Below, in pieces: positions 28,881-40,198 of a DNA stretch of 64,000 bases. Numbering within the stretch: the stretch's first letter is position 1; each line of letters opens with the position of its first letter. The notes beneath the pieces were generated by a model. That model did no database searches, was not told the origin of the DNA, and saw only the letters and a program-made list of their open reading frames with translations. A program made the position numbers and the translations under genes. The DNA is from an uncultured Clostridium sp. GTDB lineage: Bacteria > Bacillota > Clostridia > TANB77 > CAG-508. The stretch is taken from positions 8,494 through 72,493 of the forward strand of contig CANRQN010000002.1 of assembly GCA_947641575.1 (NCBI GenBank), in the 5' to 3' direction.

Positions 28881-30419
28881 TTATTTTCCACCTTTTACTT
28901 TATTTAATAATTTTTTTAGAATTTCCTTTACATATTTAAATTCTTCATACTTTCTAAAAATTATATATATTAAGATAGTATATATTGTAATAGATGCTAT
29001 TAGATTTAATATAAGACCTAGTATTCCATAAAACTTGATAGTTCCACATATAATGTATGATATGGCACCAATTGCTAGACATGATACTATATATGGTATA
29101 TAGTATTTTAATATATATTTATAGTATTTTTCTTTAAAAATATTTTTATATAATATATAAGTTCTATAATAATTTGGTAATACACTGCTTATTATTGTTC
29201 CAACTATAACACCTGATAATCCAATATAATGAGCTAATATAATAGATACTACTATATTAATTACAGATTGTGCGATAGGTACCCACTTATCTTCATTATA
29301 TAAACCTGCTGCATTTCTAACTACTGAGCATGCTACTCTAAGTCCTGTAAAAAAGAAACTGAATGATATTAGTATAACAACTAATGGTTCTAATATAAAT
29401 TTACTTCCTATCCATATTTCTATAAACTTACTAGCCACTGATAAAAACACAATCCCACAAAAACTATATATTATAAATGCTATAAAATCAATTTTTTTAA
29501 ATATCTCTAATCCTTTATTAGAGTTTTCCTTTGCCAAAAGATTACCAAAACTAGCAGTTATATTATTATACACCATTGAAATTACAGAATTTATCATTGC
29601 AATAATCATATTGTAATTTGAATAAAGCCCTACTGTTGATACATCTATCATACTACTTATTATAATATTATCTGTTCCATAAATGCAATATTCTCCTGCT
29701 TTATGAAACATCATTGCTTTAACATTCTTTTTTATAGTTTTTAATAAGTCTTCATCTAACTTTTGTTTACTCTTGAAATTTACTTCTTTATATTCTTTTG
29801 TTATGTATATATTAGTAGCTATCTTTTGTGCTATTTGAACAAAAAATTGCATAATTAAATAAATAATAAAATTTCTAAATACAACCAAGGCTATTATTTG
29901 CAACACATTTAATAATACTGTAAATATAACATTTATGTTTGTTAATTTATAAGCCTTTTGATCTGCTGTAATAAGGATTTCCTTATATGCTGTGTAATAT
30001 GTAGAAACTGTGTTTATTAAATATAGTATATATATTATATTTAGTTGTGGTATTGTATTATACTCTTTAATTATTTTGTCAAGAAAGAAATATAAAATCA
30101 TTCCAAAAATTAGAACTATAAATCCTATAACTTCATAGACTTTTTTAAAAAATGTCATAATAGAGCTTATTCTCTCATTATTTCTATCAGCTAATGGCTT
30201 ATATAATCCAAAGCTTATGGCAGAGCTTACTCCTAATTCGGCTAAGGACAACATGGATAAAACATTAGTAAGCAATCCATTTACTCCTAAATATGTTTCT
30301 CCTAAAACTTTTATAAATATTGTTCTTGTAATAAAACCAAGTATGTTTTTTATGATATATATAACGAAATTAGAACTAACATTGAATAATGAATTTTTTG
30401 TTCTACTTGCTTCTCGCAT
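28881..30419 (-). CDS. wzx: Wzx-type polysaccharide flippase (MOP superfamily)
   Basis: 512 aa, many TM segments, typical polysaccharide biosynthesis protein N-terminus. Confidence 0.75.
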   Translation of the reverse strand: MREASRTKNSLFNVSSNFVIYIIKNILGFITRTIFIKVLGETYLGVNGLLTNVLSMLSLAELGVSSAISFGLYKPLADRNNERISSIMTFFKKVYEVIGFIVLIFGMILYFFLDKIIKEYNTIPQLNIIYILYLINTVSTYYTAYKEILITADQKAYKLTNINVIFTVLLNVLQIIALVVFRNFIIYLIMQFFVQIAQKIATNIYITKEYKEVNFKSKQKLDEDLLKTIKKNVKAMMFHKAGEYCIYGTDNIIISSMIDVSTVGLYSNYNMIIAMINSVISMVYNNITASFGNLLAKENSNKGLEIFKKIDFIAFIIYSFCGIVFLSVASKFIEIWIGSKFILEPLVVILISFSFFFTGLRVACSVVRNAAGLYNEDKWVPIAQSVINIVVSIILAHYIGLSGVIVGTIISSVLPNYYRTYILYKNIFKEKYYKYILKYYIPYIVSCLAIGAISYIICGTIKFYGILGLILNLIASITIYTILIYIIFRKYEEFKYVKEILKKLLNKVKGGK

Positions 30420-30525
30420 TTTTCCTCCCTAATAGAATATCCTATATTATTTTTTAGTATCTCCATAATTCTCTCTCTATTTTTAATTATATTATCTACA
30501 TTGTACAGTTGTCAATTATATATTA

Positions 30526-31593
30526 TCAATTAAAATTTTTTCTATCAAAAATTTCTTTAAAAAACTTTTTCGTCTTTTCTCTTTCTTTTTCTAAAATCTC
30601 TTCGACTTTCAAATAGTCACATTCAAATATTTCCTTATTATTCTTTACTACTTCTATTTTTCTATTTTCTTGATTAAACATCTTTAATAGAGTATCTAAT
30701 CTAGAATTCATACTTTCTACTCCTTGCTGTTTGCGGTCAAAAACAAAAAACGGTTTATTAAATATCATAGAAAATACGCAAGCGTGAAAAGAGTCTGTAT
30801 ATACCATCTCTGCGTGATTGAATAAATATATAAACTCACTTGGATCAAGAGAGTAATATTTAGTCTCATTGATATTAGCTATATCTATTACATCTAATTT
30901 GTTTTCTCTTGCAATTTCTTTTATTTCTCTCTCATATTGATTTTCTCCTAAGAAATATACTAATATGTATTTCTTATTTTTAAATTTTCTTGGTGCTTTC
31001 TCAATCTTCTCCCAATCGTCTCTACTTATTAATAATGTTGGATCAACTAGTACTTGTGCTTCTCTTCCAGTTAATTCTTTAATAAGTTCTTTTCCTCTTT
31101 CTTCTCTTACTGACAAATATTTTATGTTATTTATACCATTCTTTATTATTTCTTTAAAGTCTTCCTTTATACTAGAAACTCCAAAACTTGCAGCATACGA
31201 AATTGCTTGATTATAGTCAGCATATGGTAAGAAATATCTTTCTAATCCTACCATATATGTATAATTCCATACTTGGTCGCTTCCAACTATAAAATAATTA
31301 TAATTATTTTTTAATTTATTTAGTTCTTTATCTTTTCTTCCAACTATATTAATATGTTTTTTATTAAACCTTTTAAATTTAATCTCTTTTAGTCTTTTAG
31401 TATGCCATACTGGTAAACAAAATTTTATAACATTTTTTATTTTAGTTTTTGCTCTATTGGCGAGATTTTCCTTAAAATAAATGGTTTCACATTCAAATCC
31501 ATATTTCATCATAAATTCTTGTAATGCATAATTTTGTAATCTATTTCCATAGTTACTATTATCTACTATAGTTACAATCCCAATCTTCTTCAT
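30526..31593 (-). CDS. Polysaccharide pyruvyl transferase
   Basis: MKKIGIVTIVDNSNYGNRLQNYALQEF start is typical of the family. 355 aa. Confidence 0.75.
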   Translation of the reverse strand: MKKIGIVTIVDNSNYGNRLQNYALQEFMMKYGFECETIYFKENLANRAKTKIKNVIKFCLPVWHTKRLKEIKFKRFNKKHINIVGRKDKELNKLKNNYNYFIVGSDQVWNYTYMVGLERYFLPYADYNQAISYAASFGVSSIKEDFKEIIKNGINNIKYLSVREERGKELIKELTGREAQVLVDPTLLISRDDWEKIEKAPRKFKNKKYILVYFLGENQYEREIKEIARENKLDVIDIANINETKYYSLDPSEFIYLFNHAEMVYTDSFHACVFSMIFNKPFFVFDRKQQGVESMNSRLDTLLKMFNQENRKIEVVKNNKEIFECDYLKVEEILEKEREKTKKFFKEIFDRKNFN

Positions 31594-31612
31594 AATACTT
31601 CCTTTCTAATTT

Positions 31613-32614
31613 TTACATTTTTTTGATTTTTTCTCTGATAATAAAAAACACATAAGTTAACTTTATGTATCTTTTCTTTAATAAAAAGGCATATAGTTTA
31701 TTTTTTAGTCCATGTGGTTTGTAGTTCTTAAGAGAATTAGCCAATTTACAATTATCTATTGCATTTATAATTTCTTTTGGTGATACATTATTTCTTACTA
31801 ACAAAAAAATCGTTTGCATTAGTACAGAAACATTAGAAGAAATAAATTGCTCATATATATAATTAGGTAATTTTAACTGTTTGAGATAAGAAATAGCTTC
31901 TTCAAATACTACATCTAGCTCCTTAAACCTGTTCTTTGATACTCCTAAATTGCATATACTTGTTGGTGAACTCCATATATGAATATATGATGATGAATTT
32001 TGTGTATAAATCTTTTTTACATGCTTTAAATATTGTAAGTTCATATATATATCATCACCAAAAGTAATTTTTTTAGAAAACTCAATATTATTTTTTCTTA
32101 TTATGTCACTTACATATATTTTATCCCATAGATAACCATCTATTCCACATAATATCCATTCTGTAGCCTTATCAATATTAATAAACTCATTTTCAAAGTT
32201 CTTTTTTTGAACTTTAAGTTCTTTTTTATTAACTATACTATATTTACTATTTAATATATAATATTCAGCTTTATTCTCTATTGCTTTATGAAGTTCTTTC
32301 ATATAATCATCTTCTACATAATCATCTCCATCAACAAATACTATATATTTGCCTTTTGCAACATTAATTCCTTCTTTTCTAGCATCAACCGAACCTCCAT
32401 TTTCTTTATGAATGACTTTAACAAAAGAGTATTTTCTAGCATATTCATCACAAATTTGAGATGAGCAATCTGTACTTCCATCATCAACTAGTATCACTTC
32501 AAAATCATTATAACTTTGCTTTAAGATACTCTGTAAACATTTCTTCATTCCGTTTCCTTCGTTATATATAGGAATTATTACAGAAAATATATATTCACTC
32601 ATTTTCTCTGTCAT
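31613..32614 (-). CDS. Glycosyltransferase family 2
   Basis: SVIIPIYNEGN, VDDGSTD and VDGDD motifs. Confidence 0.8.
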   Translation of the reverse strand: MTEKMSEYIFSVIIPIYNEGNGMKKCLQSILKQSYNDFEVILVDDGSTDCSSQICDEYARKYSFVKVIHKENGGSVDARKEGINVAKGKYIVFVDGDDYVEDDYMKELHKAIENKAEYYILNSKYSIVNKKELKVQKKNFENEFINIDKATEWILCGIDGYLWDKIYVSDIIRKNNIEFSKKITFGDDIYMNLQYLKHVKKIYTQNSSSYIHIWSSPTSICNLGVSKNRFKELDVVFEEAISYLKQLKLPNYIYEQFISSNVSVLMQTIFLLVRNNVSPKEIINAIDNCKLANSLKNYKPHGLKNKLYAFLLKKRYIKLTYVFFIIREKIKKM

Positions 32615-32643
32615 CCTCTCTTAAATTTAAGTATTTTTCTTTA

Positions 32644-33619
32644 TTATACCTTTTTTATTCTTCTAAATAACTTAAATGCTAAATTATAAACAAAGATAGA
32701 TTTTACAAAAAGATAAGCTTGAAGTTTTTTGATAAAACTCCACTCCTTGTCACCAATTATATATTTGAAATTCTTTTTTACTTCATTTTGAAATTGGCGT
32801 ATTTGTTTTTTTTCACAATTTCCTTTACTTTTTAATACCATATCATAAACTGTCATATTTGCCGATGCATACGCAGCTCTAACGCATGTTGTTAAATTTG
32901 GATATTTCTTTTCAACATATAGCATTTGCTGATAAGAAGCTTCTATGAAATCAAAATTAATTTTTCTATCTTTTGAAATACTTCCTTTTCTCTGAAAATA
33001 ATAATACAATGGTTCAGAGTGGTATAATATTTTTTCCGCCTTATCAAATAGTAAATACATTACATAATAATCTTCGCTTAATTTACCTGTCGGAAATCTA
33101 ATATCTTCAAATAAATTTTTATCATATAATTTTGCCCAAGCAGACATATCAAAGTACCTAAAATTATTTAATTCAAAAATTGCTTTTTCTGAATCCATAA
33201 TTAAATCTTTAACTTTATCATTATATCTTATATATTTCTTTTCATCTTCAAATATGTAATATCTATTACATATTACAATATCAGATTGATATTTATTTAT
33301 AAGATTACCGTAAAACTTCAAATATGTGCAATTCAACAAAATCATCGCTATCAATAAAACTTATGTATTTACCTGTTGCTATATCAATACCGGCATTTCT
33401 AGCAGAAGATAGTCCCCCATTTTCTTTATGTACTACTATTATTCTTTTGTCTTTCTTTTTCCATTCATCACATTTCTTGCCAGATAAATCCGTAGAACCA
33501 TCATCTACTAAGATGATTTCTAAATTTGAATATGTTTGATTAATTACAGTTTCTATACACTTATCTAAATATTTCTCTACATTATAAATTGGAATAATTA
33601 CACTAATTAAGTCATCCAT
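32644..33619 (-). CDS. Glycosyltransferase family 2; one CGG(+1) site at 33307-33310
   Basis: SVIIPIYNVEKYL, VDDGSTD and IDSDD motifs. Junction HIFEVL-[C]GGT-NLINKYQSDIV. 976 minus 1 is 325 codons. Confidence 0.8.
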
Positions 33620-33657
33620 TTGTTATTCTCCTATTTATGATTATATATTTTTATTAA

Positions 33658-34939
33658 TCAAATGTCAAAATTATCCTTGTCTTCAATTTCATTAGCTGTT
33701 TGTACTGTTTCTTCCTTTAGTTCAAATAGTCTTTTAAATTTATGTTTTTTAATACCTATTTCTACTTTCTCGTCCTGACATTTATCTGAAGAAATTATTG
33801 ATATTGTAATTAGTGCTATCATTAGTCCTAATGGCCATGGCATAATTGATGATGTTAACATATTCATAAATGTGTATAACATTATTATAAATGAATATAC
33901 ATTTCTACCTGCAAATTTAAAAAAACTATAAGAAAATGCAAATACTGCTAATATTCCTAATTCTAAATAAATTTGTACTAAATCCAGCTCTAAATATCTG
34001 TCTATTACAAGCATACTTGTACCATATCCATAAGAAAAATATCCTTTATTTCTCCATAGTGACAAAATATAGTCTCTTCCTGTTGAAAACTTATAAACAT
34101 TTATATTTGTAAATATTTTTCCTTCCATAAATTGGGTATAACAAACTGTCATTACAGTAAAAAGAATTGAAAATACTAATATAAGTTTTGGAGATAATTT
34201 ACCTCTAAAATCAATTATTTTTTCTAGTAATATTATTGCTACTATAAATACGATCCCCAATCTTTTAAAACATAGCAAAGTAAATATAAAAGATAGCCAG
34301 CAGCATATTTTTGTTGTTTTATTATTAAAACTCTTATCTTTTACTTTTAAAAAATAATAAAAAAACAAAAATAGTTGTAGGAATACTTCAGCAAAATTAT
34401 GGCTTTCAGTAAAACTTTTAAATTTAAGAATATCAAAAGTTTCCCAACTAGATATATTAAAAAAAGATACTAGAGTATGAGTTGGTTCACAAAAATATGC
34501 TATTATAACTATTGCTAATGTAATTTTCATAAGATTCAATACTTTTTTTATCGAAAAAATATTTATTAAACAGAAAGCATTTATTGCAGGCATCAGAAAT
34601 AAACATATCTGTACAATTGTCCTAAAGTTAAATTTATAGTTCACTTCTCTTGCTTTTATTACAGATATAATTAAAAATAGAATACTAGTTCCTATAATAT
34701 AAAAAATCTCTTTTGCATATATTTTTGGTTTATCTAAATCATGCTTATTTATAAAATTTAAAATAATTGTTATAAATCCGCATTGTAATAGTTAAAGCCC
34801 AAATAAAATATCTATATCTAGAAATATCTTCACCCATTCCATATATAGCTAAGGCAAATGAATAAAATACAACAAATGCAATATATAATATACTATTAAT
34901 TGTTTGCATTGTTTCTAAATTTATTTCTTTTAATTTCAT
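33658..34939 (-). CDS. wzy: Wzy-type O-antigen/polysaccharide polymerase (O-antigen ligase-like membrane protein); one CGG(+1) site at 34777-34780
   Basis: Polytopic membrane protein. Junction ALTITM-[C]GGA-FITIILNFINKHD joins the 64-aa and 328-aa ORFs. 1282 minus 1 is 427 codons. Confidence 0.65.
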
Positions 34940-34941
34940 TT

Positions 34942-35625
34942 TTACATAGCACCTTCTTTCTTAAATACAGAAAGCACTGTCCTAAAAATTATTTTTATCT
35001 CATACCATAAGCCTCTATTATTATAATACTCTAAATCTAATTTTAGCCTTTCTTTAAAGGTATTTTGACTTCTTCCAGACACTTGCCAAAGTCCTGTTAT
35101 TCCAGGTTTACATTTTATAATATAGTCATAGTAGTTTTCCATATCCTTTTTTTCTCTATTTAAGTATGGTCTAGGCCCTACTAAGCTCATCTCACCTTTT
35201 ATTACATTAATAAATTGTGGGAATTCATCTAAGCTTGTCTTCCTTAAGAAGCTTCCAATTTTTGTTATTCTATCATCATTTTCTATCTTTCTATAACTTA
35301 AATATTTCTCTCTAAATTCTTTATCTGTTTTTAGTTTTTTCATTAATATTTTATCTGCATCTACTACCATTGTTCTAAATTTGTATAGTCTAAATAGTTT
35401 ACCGTTCTCACCAATTCTTTTTTGTACGAAAAATATAGGTCCATTATCTTTTCCAATTTTATTTGCAATAAAAACAATAGCAATAAGAGGGCAAAGAATA
35501 ATTAACCCCATTATCGATGCTAAAATATCAATAGCCCTTTTAGATATTTTATATATATTCACATTATTACTTTCTTTTAATTTAATGTTCATTTTTATAT
35601 TATTTACATTTTCTCCGTTTAACAT
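34942..35625 (-). CDS. Undecaprenyl-phosphate sugar phosphotransferase (bacterial sugar transferase, initiating enzyme)
   Basis: KRAIDILASIMGLI TM segment, KFRTM, SLVGPRP and GITGLWQVSGR motifs. Start MLNGEN follows a GGGAGA RBS. Confidence 0.85.
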   Translation of the reverse strand: MLNGENVNNIKMNIKLKESNNVNIYKISKRAIDILASIMGLIILCPLIAIVFIANKIGKDNGPIFFVQKRIGENGKLFRLYKFRTMVVDADKILMKKLKTDKEFREKYLSYRKIENDDRITKIGSFLRKTSLDEFPQFINVIKGEMSLVGPRPYLNREKKDMENYYDYIIKCKPGITGLWQVSGRSQNTFKERLKLDLEYYNNRGLWYEIKIIFRTVLSVFKKEGAM

Positions 35626-35835
35626 ATTATCTCCCAAGACATAAGTCTGCTTTTCCGTAGTATATTTTATATGATAAATAATATCATAAAGCGACAAAAA
35701 GTGCAAGACATTTGCTTAAATTTGTCTTAGCACTTTTCTTTTTATATTTAATTTTTATTTGAATTCCATTTGACTATACTCTTAATATTCTATTGCTATT
35801 AGTTTTACCAAGTTTTTATTTATCATTCACTCATC

Positions 35836-36870
35836 TTATAAATTCCAGTCAAATTCTCCGCTAACCATAACTTGCTTATTCCCTTTTGTAATAGTTCCTA
35901 TTTTGTAAGCATTTATTCCATTTTGTTTTACGTGATTTATTACTTCACTTACAGCTTCTTTTTTGCAAACAACTGTAAGTCCTACACCTAAGTTAAATGT
36001 ACGTAGCATTTCTTTTTCATCTACATTTCCTACTTCTTTGATAATTTTAAAAATGTCAAGAATTTGATATTTTGATGCGTCAATTTCAGCATTCAAATCT
36101 TTTGGAAGTATCCTGTTTAAGTTTTCACAAATTCCCCCACCTGTAATATGTGCAAGTCCTGTTATAATTCCTTTATCGAATAAATCTTTTATAGCTGTAT
36201 AATAACATCTATGAGGTTCGAGAACTGCCTCTACAAAAGTTTTGTCTCCTACTTTTCTATCTAATACTTCTGGATATTCTTTCATTATTTTTCTAACTAA
36301 TGTGTATCCATTTGTATGTATTCCGCTTGACTCTAAAGAGATTACTGCATCTCCTTCTTCTATTTTAGAACCATCTATTATTTTATCCTTATCAACAATT
36401 CCTACTATACTTGAAGTTAATATATATGTACCATCTTGTAATACTCCTGGTTGTTCTGATGTTTCTCCTCCTGTAAGTACACATCCTTGTGCCTTACATG
36501 CATCTGATATAGCATGTACAATTTTATTTATTGCTGTTTTTTCCATTTTTCCACATATTATTGCATCTTGCACAGTAAGTGGTTTAGCTCCCATTACAAT
36601 ACAGTCATTTATTAAATGATTTATCATATCATAAGATACATTCTCTAATTTATCATACTGCGCCGCAATTAGTTGTTTAGAACCTGGTTCTTCTGTTTTT
36701 AATACCAAAACAGGTTCTTTATATTCGTCAAATTTTATATCATATAGTGAAGAAAATGCACCAATTTTATTTAATACTCTTTTATTATTTGTCTCTAGTG
36801 CATCTGCCATTGCCTTTTTCGTTTCATTTGCTAAATCAATATTTACATCATATTTTAAACCATTTCCCAT
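35836..36870 (-). CDS. purM: Phosphoribosylformylglycinamidine cyclo-ligase (AIR synthetase)
   Basis: PurM motifs (GIGTK-like KIGAFSSLY, DGVGTK-type region, HITGGG). Start MGNGLKYD after a GGAAGGAAG RBS. The track ORF starts further upstream. Confidence 0.85.
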   Translation of the reverse strand: MGNGLKYDVNIDLANETKKAMADALETNNKRVLNKIGAFSSLYDIKFDEYKEPVLVLKTEEPGSKQLIAAQYDKLENVSYDMINHLINDCIVMGAKPLTVQDAIICGKMEKTAINKIVHAISDACKAQGCVLTGGETSEQPGVLQDGTYILTSSIVGIVDKDKIIDGSKIEEGDAVISLESSGIHTNGYTLVRKIMKEYPEVLDRKVGDKTFVEAVLEPHRCYYTAIKDLFDKGIITGLAHITGGGICENLNRILPKDLNAEIDASKYQILDIFKIIKEVGNVDEKEMLRTFNLGVGLTVVCKKEAVSEVINHVKQNGINAYKIGTITKGNKQVMVSGEFDWNL

Positions 36871-36905
36871 TATATATTCTTCCTTCCTTATCTTTTCTCT
36901 AAATT

Positions 36906-37020
36906 CAAACAAAAATTAGTATATTGCTAGGCATTCAAGAAAGAAATACCGGAAATGTACTATTGTACATTGAGGATTTTCTTTCGTAGAATAACAACGC
37001 AAGATGCTGATTTTTGTTTG
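36906..37020 (+). repeat. Structured palindromic repeat element, copy C
   Basis: 21-nt outer arms pair with 18 Watson-Crick pairs, 2 G-U and 1 mismatch on the plus strand. Contains CTAGGCA, TACCGGAAA, tgtac-tat-tgtaca, TTGAGGATTTTC and TAACAACGC. Confidence 0.65.
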
Positions 37021-37022
37021 AA

Positions 37023-38093
37023 TTATCTATATCCTGTCTTACTAATAATTTGACTACTAATACTCTTAACCTTTTCACTTGGCTCATAATCTTCTTGACC
37101 AAATGCTTCTTTATGCAATCTCTTTACATTTGCCTCCAAGTTTACTGGTACTCCATACCATCTATCGAGTGTTATTCCTTTTGTTTCATAAGGGAAACCT
37201 AAGCTATCTCCAATGTTAAATGATGCTAAGCTTGGAAGTAGGCTTAATATTTCTCCTGATGATATATTTGTTCTTATCTTTGGAAGCATTGTATCTGCTA
37301 GCTTGTTTAATTTTCCTAAGCTTAAAGTTTTAGCTTTTTTTAACATAGCCTCTATAACTGTTCTCATTCTTTCTGCTCTTTTATAATCTCCACCTGCTGT
37401 ATATCTTATTCTTGAATATGCAACAGCTTGTACACCACTTAAAGTTTGTGTACCTGTTTTAGTTACATGTTTTGCTGATACTCCAGATGTTTTTATTAAT
37501 TCGTCAATATATTTATTTATATATTGTAATTCGCTATTATCTATATTTATACTTACTCCATCCATTGCATCAACTGCTGCAATTACTGCGTCAAAATTTA
37601 CTGTAACAAATTCTGTTATATTTAAATCTAAATTTGTATTTAAAGCTTTTAATGCATTTTGTGCTCCTCCATATGAATAAGCATGTGTTACTTTGTCTAA
37701 TCTTTCTTTTCCGTTTTCTTCTAATAAGAAATATGAATCTCTATATACAGAAATTAATTTTATATCATTTGTTTTTTGATTTATACTTGCAATTATTATG
37801 CAGTCACTTCTATTACCTAGTCCATAATCATCAGCTCTACTATCTATTCCAAGAAGTGCTATGTTTCTATAACCAGATAGTGCATCTTTTGCTTCTTCTG
37901 ATATTCCTACAGCATTTTTATCAATGTCTTCTTTTTGAAGTTTTTCTAATTTATCTGCTACAAAGTATGTCCCAATTCCAGCAATTATTGCAAGAAGCAT
38001 TAACAATACTATCATTATTATTAAAACTATTTTTTTCCACTTTGCCATTTTCTTTTTATCTTTATTACCAGTTCTTTTTTTAATTTTTCCCAT
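37023..38093 (-). CDS. LytR-CpsA-Psr (LCP) family protein
   Basis: N-terminal TM segment and LCP core (NIALLGIDSR..RSDCIIIASIN). Confidence 0.85.
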   Translation of the reverse strand: MGKIKKRTGNKDKKKMAKWKKIVLIIMIVLLMLLAIIAGIGTYFVADKLEKLQKEDIDKNAVGISEEAKDALSGYRNIALLGIDSRADDYGLGNRSDCIIIASINQKTNDIKLISVYRDSYFLLEENGKERLDKVTHAYSYGGAQNALKALNTNLDLNITEFVTVNFDAVIAAVDAMDGVSINIDNSELQYINKYIDELIKTSGVSAKHVTKTGTQTLSGVQAVAYSRIRYTAGGDYKRAERMRTVIEAMLKKAKTLSLGKLNKLADTMLPKIRTNISSGEILSLLPSLASFNIGDSLGFPYETKGITLDRWYGVPVNLEANVKRLHKEAFGQEDYEPSEKVKSISSQIISKTGYR

Positions 38094-38324
38094 TATTTAC
38101 TCCATTCTATCCCTTTTTAATTTATAAATATTATACTAATTATTTATTATCTTTGCAAGTCTTATTAAAAAAATTAGTTAATGTTGTATATATATCCTAC
38201 ATGGGAATTACATTATTTATATATGTTATTCTAAGATATTTTTAATATTGAATTACTGACATTAACAAAAATTAGTTTAATTATTATGTATTATTTTGCT
38301 GAACATTTAACAGCACATGTTTAA

Positions 38325-39099
38325 TTATTTTTCTAATATTTTCACATCTTCATTAAGTATCGTTTTAGCAATATTTCTGAATTCCTCTGTATGTTTGCTT
38401 AAAAATATTTTTTCTGACCCAATAAATTCCATATCTTCTTTTCTGTAAAGCCCTCTTAAATAGTTTGCAACTGTTTTACCTGTATTTATAAGATTTACCT
38501 CATATCCAAGCTCTTGTCTAATTATCGGATCATATATTGGATAGTGAGTACATCCTAATATAATATCTTTAACTTTTCTTTCTTTAAATGGTTTCATATA
38601 TTCTTTAATGGCTCTTCTTCCTTCTTCGCTTCTTGCCTTTCCTTCTTCTGCAACAATTGCAAGCATTGGGCATGCTTTATTTATCACATCTATATCAGGA
38701 ATTGCATCCTTTAAGTTTTCTTCCCAAGCTCCGCTTCTGATTGTCCCTTCTGTCGCAATAACTCCGGATTTGATTTAGGTTTAATTCTTTTATGTAAGAT
38801 ATTGTAGGCTCTATTATTCCTATAATTGGTATATCATATTTCTCTTTTAATTCTTCTAATGCCTGACTAGTAGCTGTTCCGCATGCTATTACAATCTGTT
38901 TTACATTTTGTGAAATTAGAAATTCTGTATTGTCTATTGCATATTTTATAATTTCTTCTTTTTTCTTAGAACCATATGGAAAATTTAGTGTATCACCTAA
39001 ATATATTAAATCTTCATATGGCAAGGCTCTTTTTATTTCTCTTAAAACTGTAAGCCCTCCAACACCTGAGTCAAAAACTCCAATCGGTCTATTATCCAT
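38325..39099 (-). CDS. murI: Glutamate racemase; one CGG(+1) site at 38763-38766
   Basis: IGVFDSGVGGLTVL and ACGTAT motifs. Junction LNQI-[C]GGA-VIATEGTIRSGAWEE..CPMLA and GCTHYP. 775 minus 1 is 258 codons. Confidence 0.9.
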
Positions 39100-39121
39100 A
39101 GTTTTACATTCCTTTCTATTA

Positions 39122-39703
39122 TTATTTATATTCTATTTTGTATACTTTGAATTTGCTACCACATTTTCCACATCTATATTTTTTCGTAAATCCTCTATTG
39201 TATCTTTGTCTATATATAATCTCTCCACAACCTTCACATTGTATCTTATAGTTGTATTTCTTTTCTTCATTATATTCAAGGCTACTTTTTTCATAGTCTT
39301 CCTTTTTATTTCCTACTGTACTAATATTATATCCTAGCTTTTGGTTTATATATTTTGAATATTCTTTAAATTCTTTCCCGTGGTTATTACAATATGGAAA
39401 AGAATGTATAATTTCATGTATTATTGTGTTTTTTATAATGTCTTCTTTTAGCTCCATAACCCATGGACTTATTTCTATATGATGAATATTATATATAGCA
39501 TATTTTATAATTCTGTGCCTTCCTGTTTTTTCTATATACATAGTACTTTTATCTGGACTTTCTCCTTTGCATACACCATACCTCTTGTTATTTCTTTTTG
39601 AAATTTTTATATCTAACTCTCTTGCCTCTTTTTCTACATCTATTCCTATACTTTTTAGTTCTTCTAAACATTCGCTATACAGTTTATTTAGTTTTTCTTC
39701 CAT
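39122..39703 (-). CDS. SprT-like zinc metallopeptidase with C-terminal zinc ribbon
   Basis: HEIIH motif, CEGCG..CGKCG. Confidence 0.7.
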   Translation of the reverse strand: MEEKLNKLYSECLEELKSIGIDVEKEARELDIKISKRNNKRYGVCKGESPDKSTMYIEKTGRHRIIKYAIYNIHHIEISPWVMELKEDIIKNTIIHEIIHSFPYCNNHGKEFKEYSKYINQKLGYNISTVGNKKEDYEKSSLEYNEEKKYNYKIQCEGCGEIIYRQRYNRGFTKKYRCGKCGSKFKVYKIEYK

Positions 39704-39850
39704 TTGTTTTCCTCATTTTTTGTTATATTTTATCATATATTTTTCGTATTTTAAAGTAGATTTGTGTATAAAATTATTTGACTTGCATATAATACTATGG
39801 TACAATATTAAGTACAATAAATAGTACAAAATAGAAAGGAGTGATGTTAT

Positions 39851-40114
39851 ATGTTAGCTGTTAACTATTCAACAATTAGAAGTAAATTAAAAGACTATTG
39901 CGACCAAGCAACTGATAATCACGAAACTGTTATAGTAACCAGAAAAGACGAAAAAAATGTTGTATTAATGAGTCTTGAGCAATATAATCTTTTAATGAAA
40001 GCTATTCGTAATTCAGAATACTTAGACAAAATAGATAAATCTATTGAACAAGTGGAAAAAGGCAAGACTATAACAAAAACTATAGAAGAATTAGAGGCGA
40101 TGGAAAATGAATAA
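39851..40114 (+). CDS. Type II antitoxin, Phd/YefM family
   Basis: MLAVNYSTIRSKLKDYCDQATDNHETVIVTRKDEKNVVLMSLEQYNLLM is a typical YefM fold sequence. GGAG RBS. Confidence 0.8.
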   Translation: MLAVNYSTIRSKLKDYCDQATDNHETVIVTRKDEKNVVLMSLEQYNLLMKAIRNSEYLDKIDKSIEQVEKGKTITKTIEELEAMENE

Positions 40115-40183
40115 TATGTTTATAATTTTGATGAAAATAATAATCTTATAATTCTTTCTTGTAATGGTCATTATGAAGATTAA
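40115..40183 (+). pseudogene. Remnant (last 22 codons) of a YoeB/Txe-type toxin gene
   Basis: Directly after the antitoxin stop and in the same frame: YVYNFDENNNLIILSCNGHYED-stop, resembling the YoeB C-terminus (..IIaCryHY). No start codon and no N-terminal part. Confidence 0.5.
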
Positions 40184-40198
40184 CCCATTATTAATATT

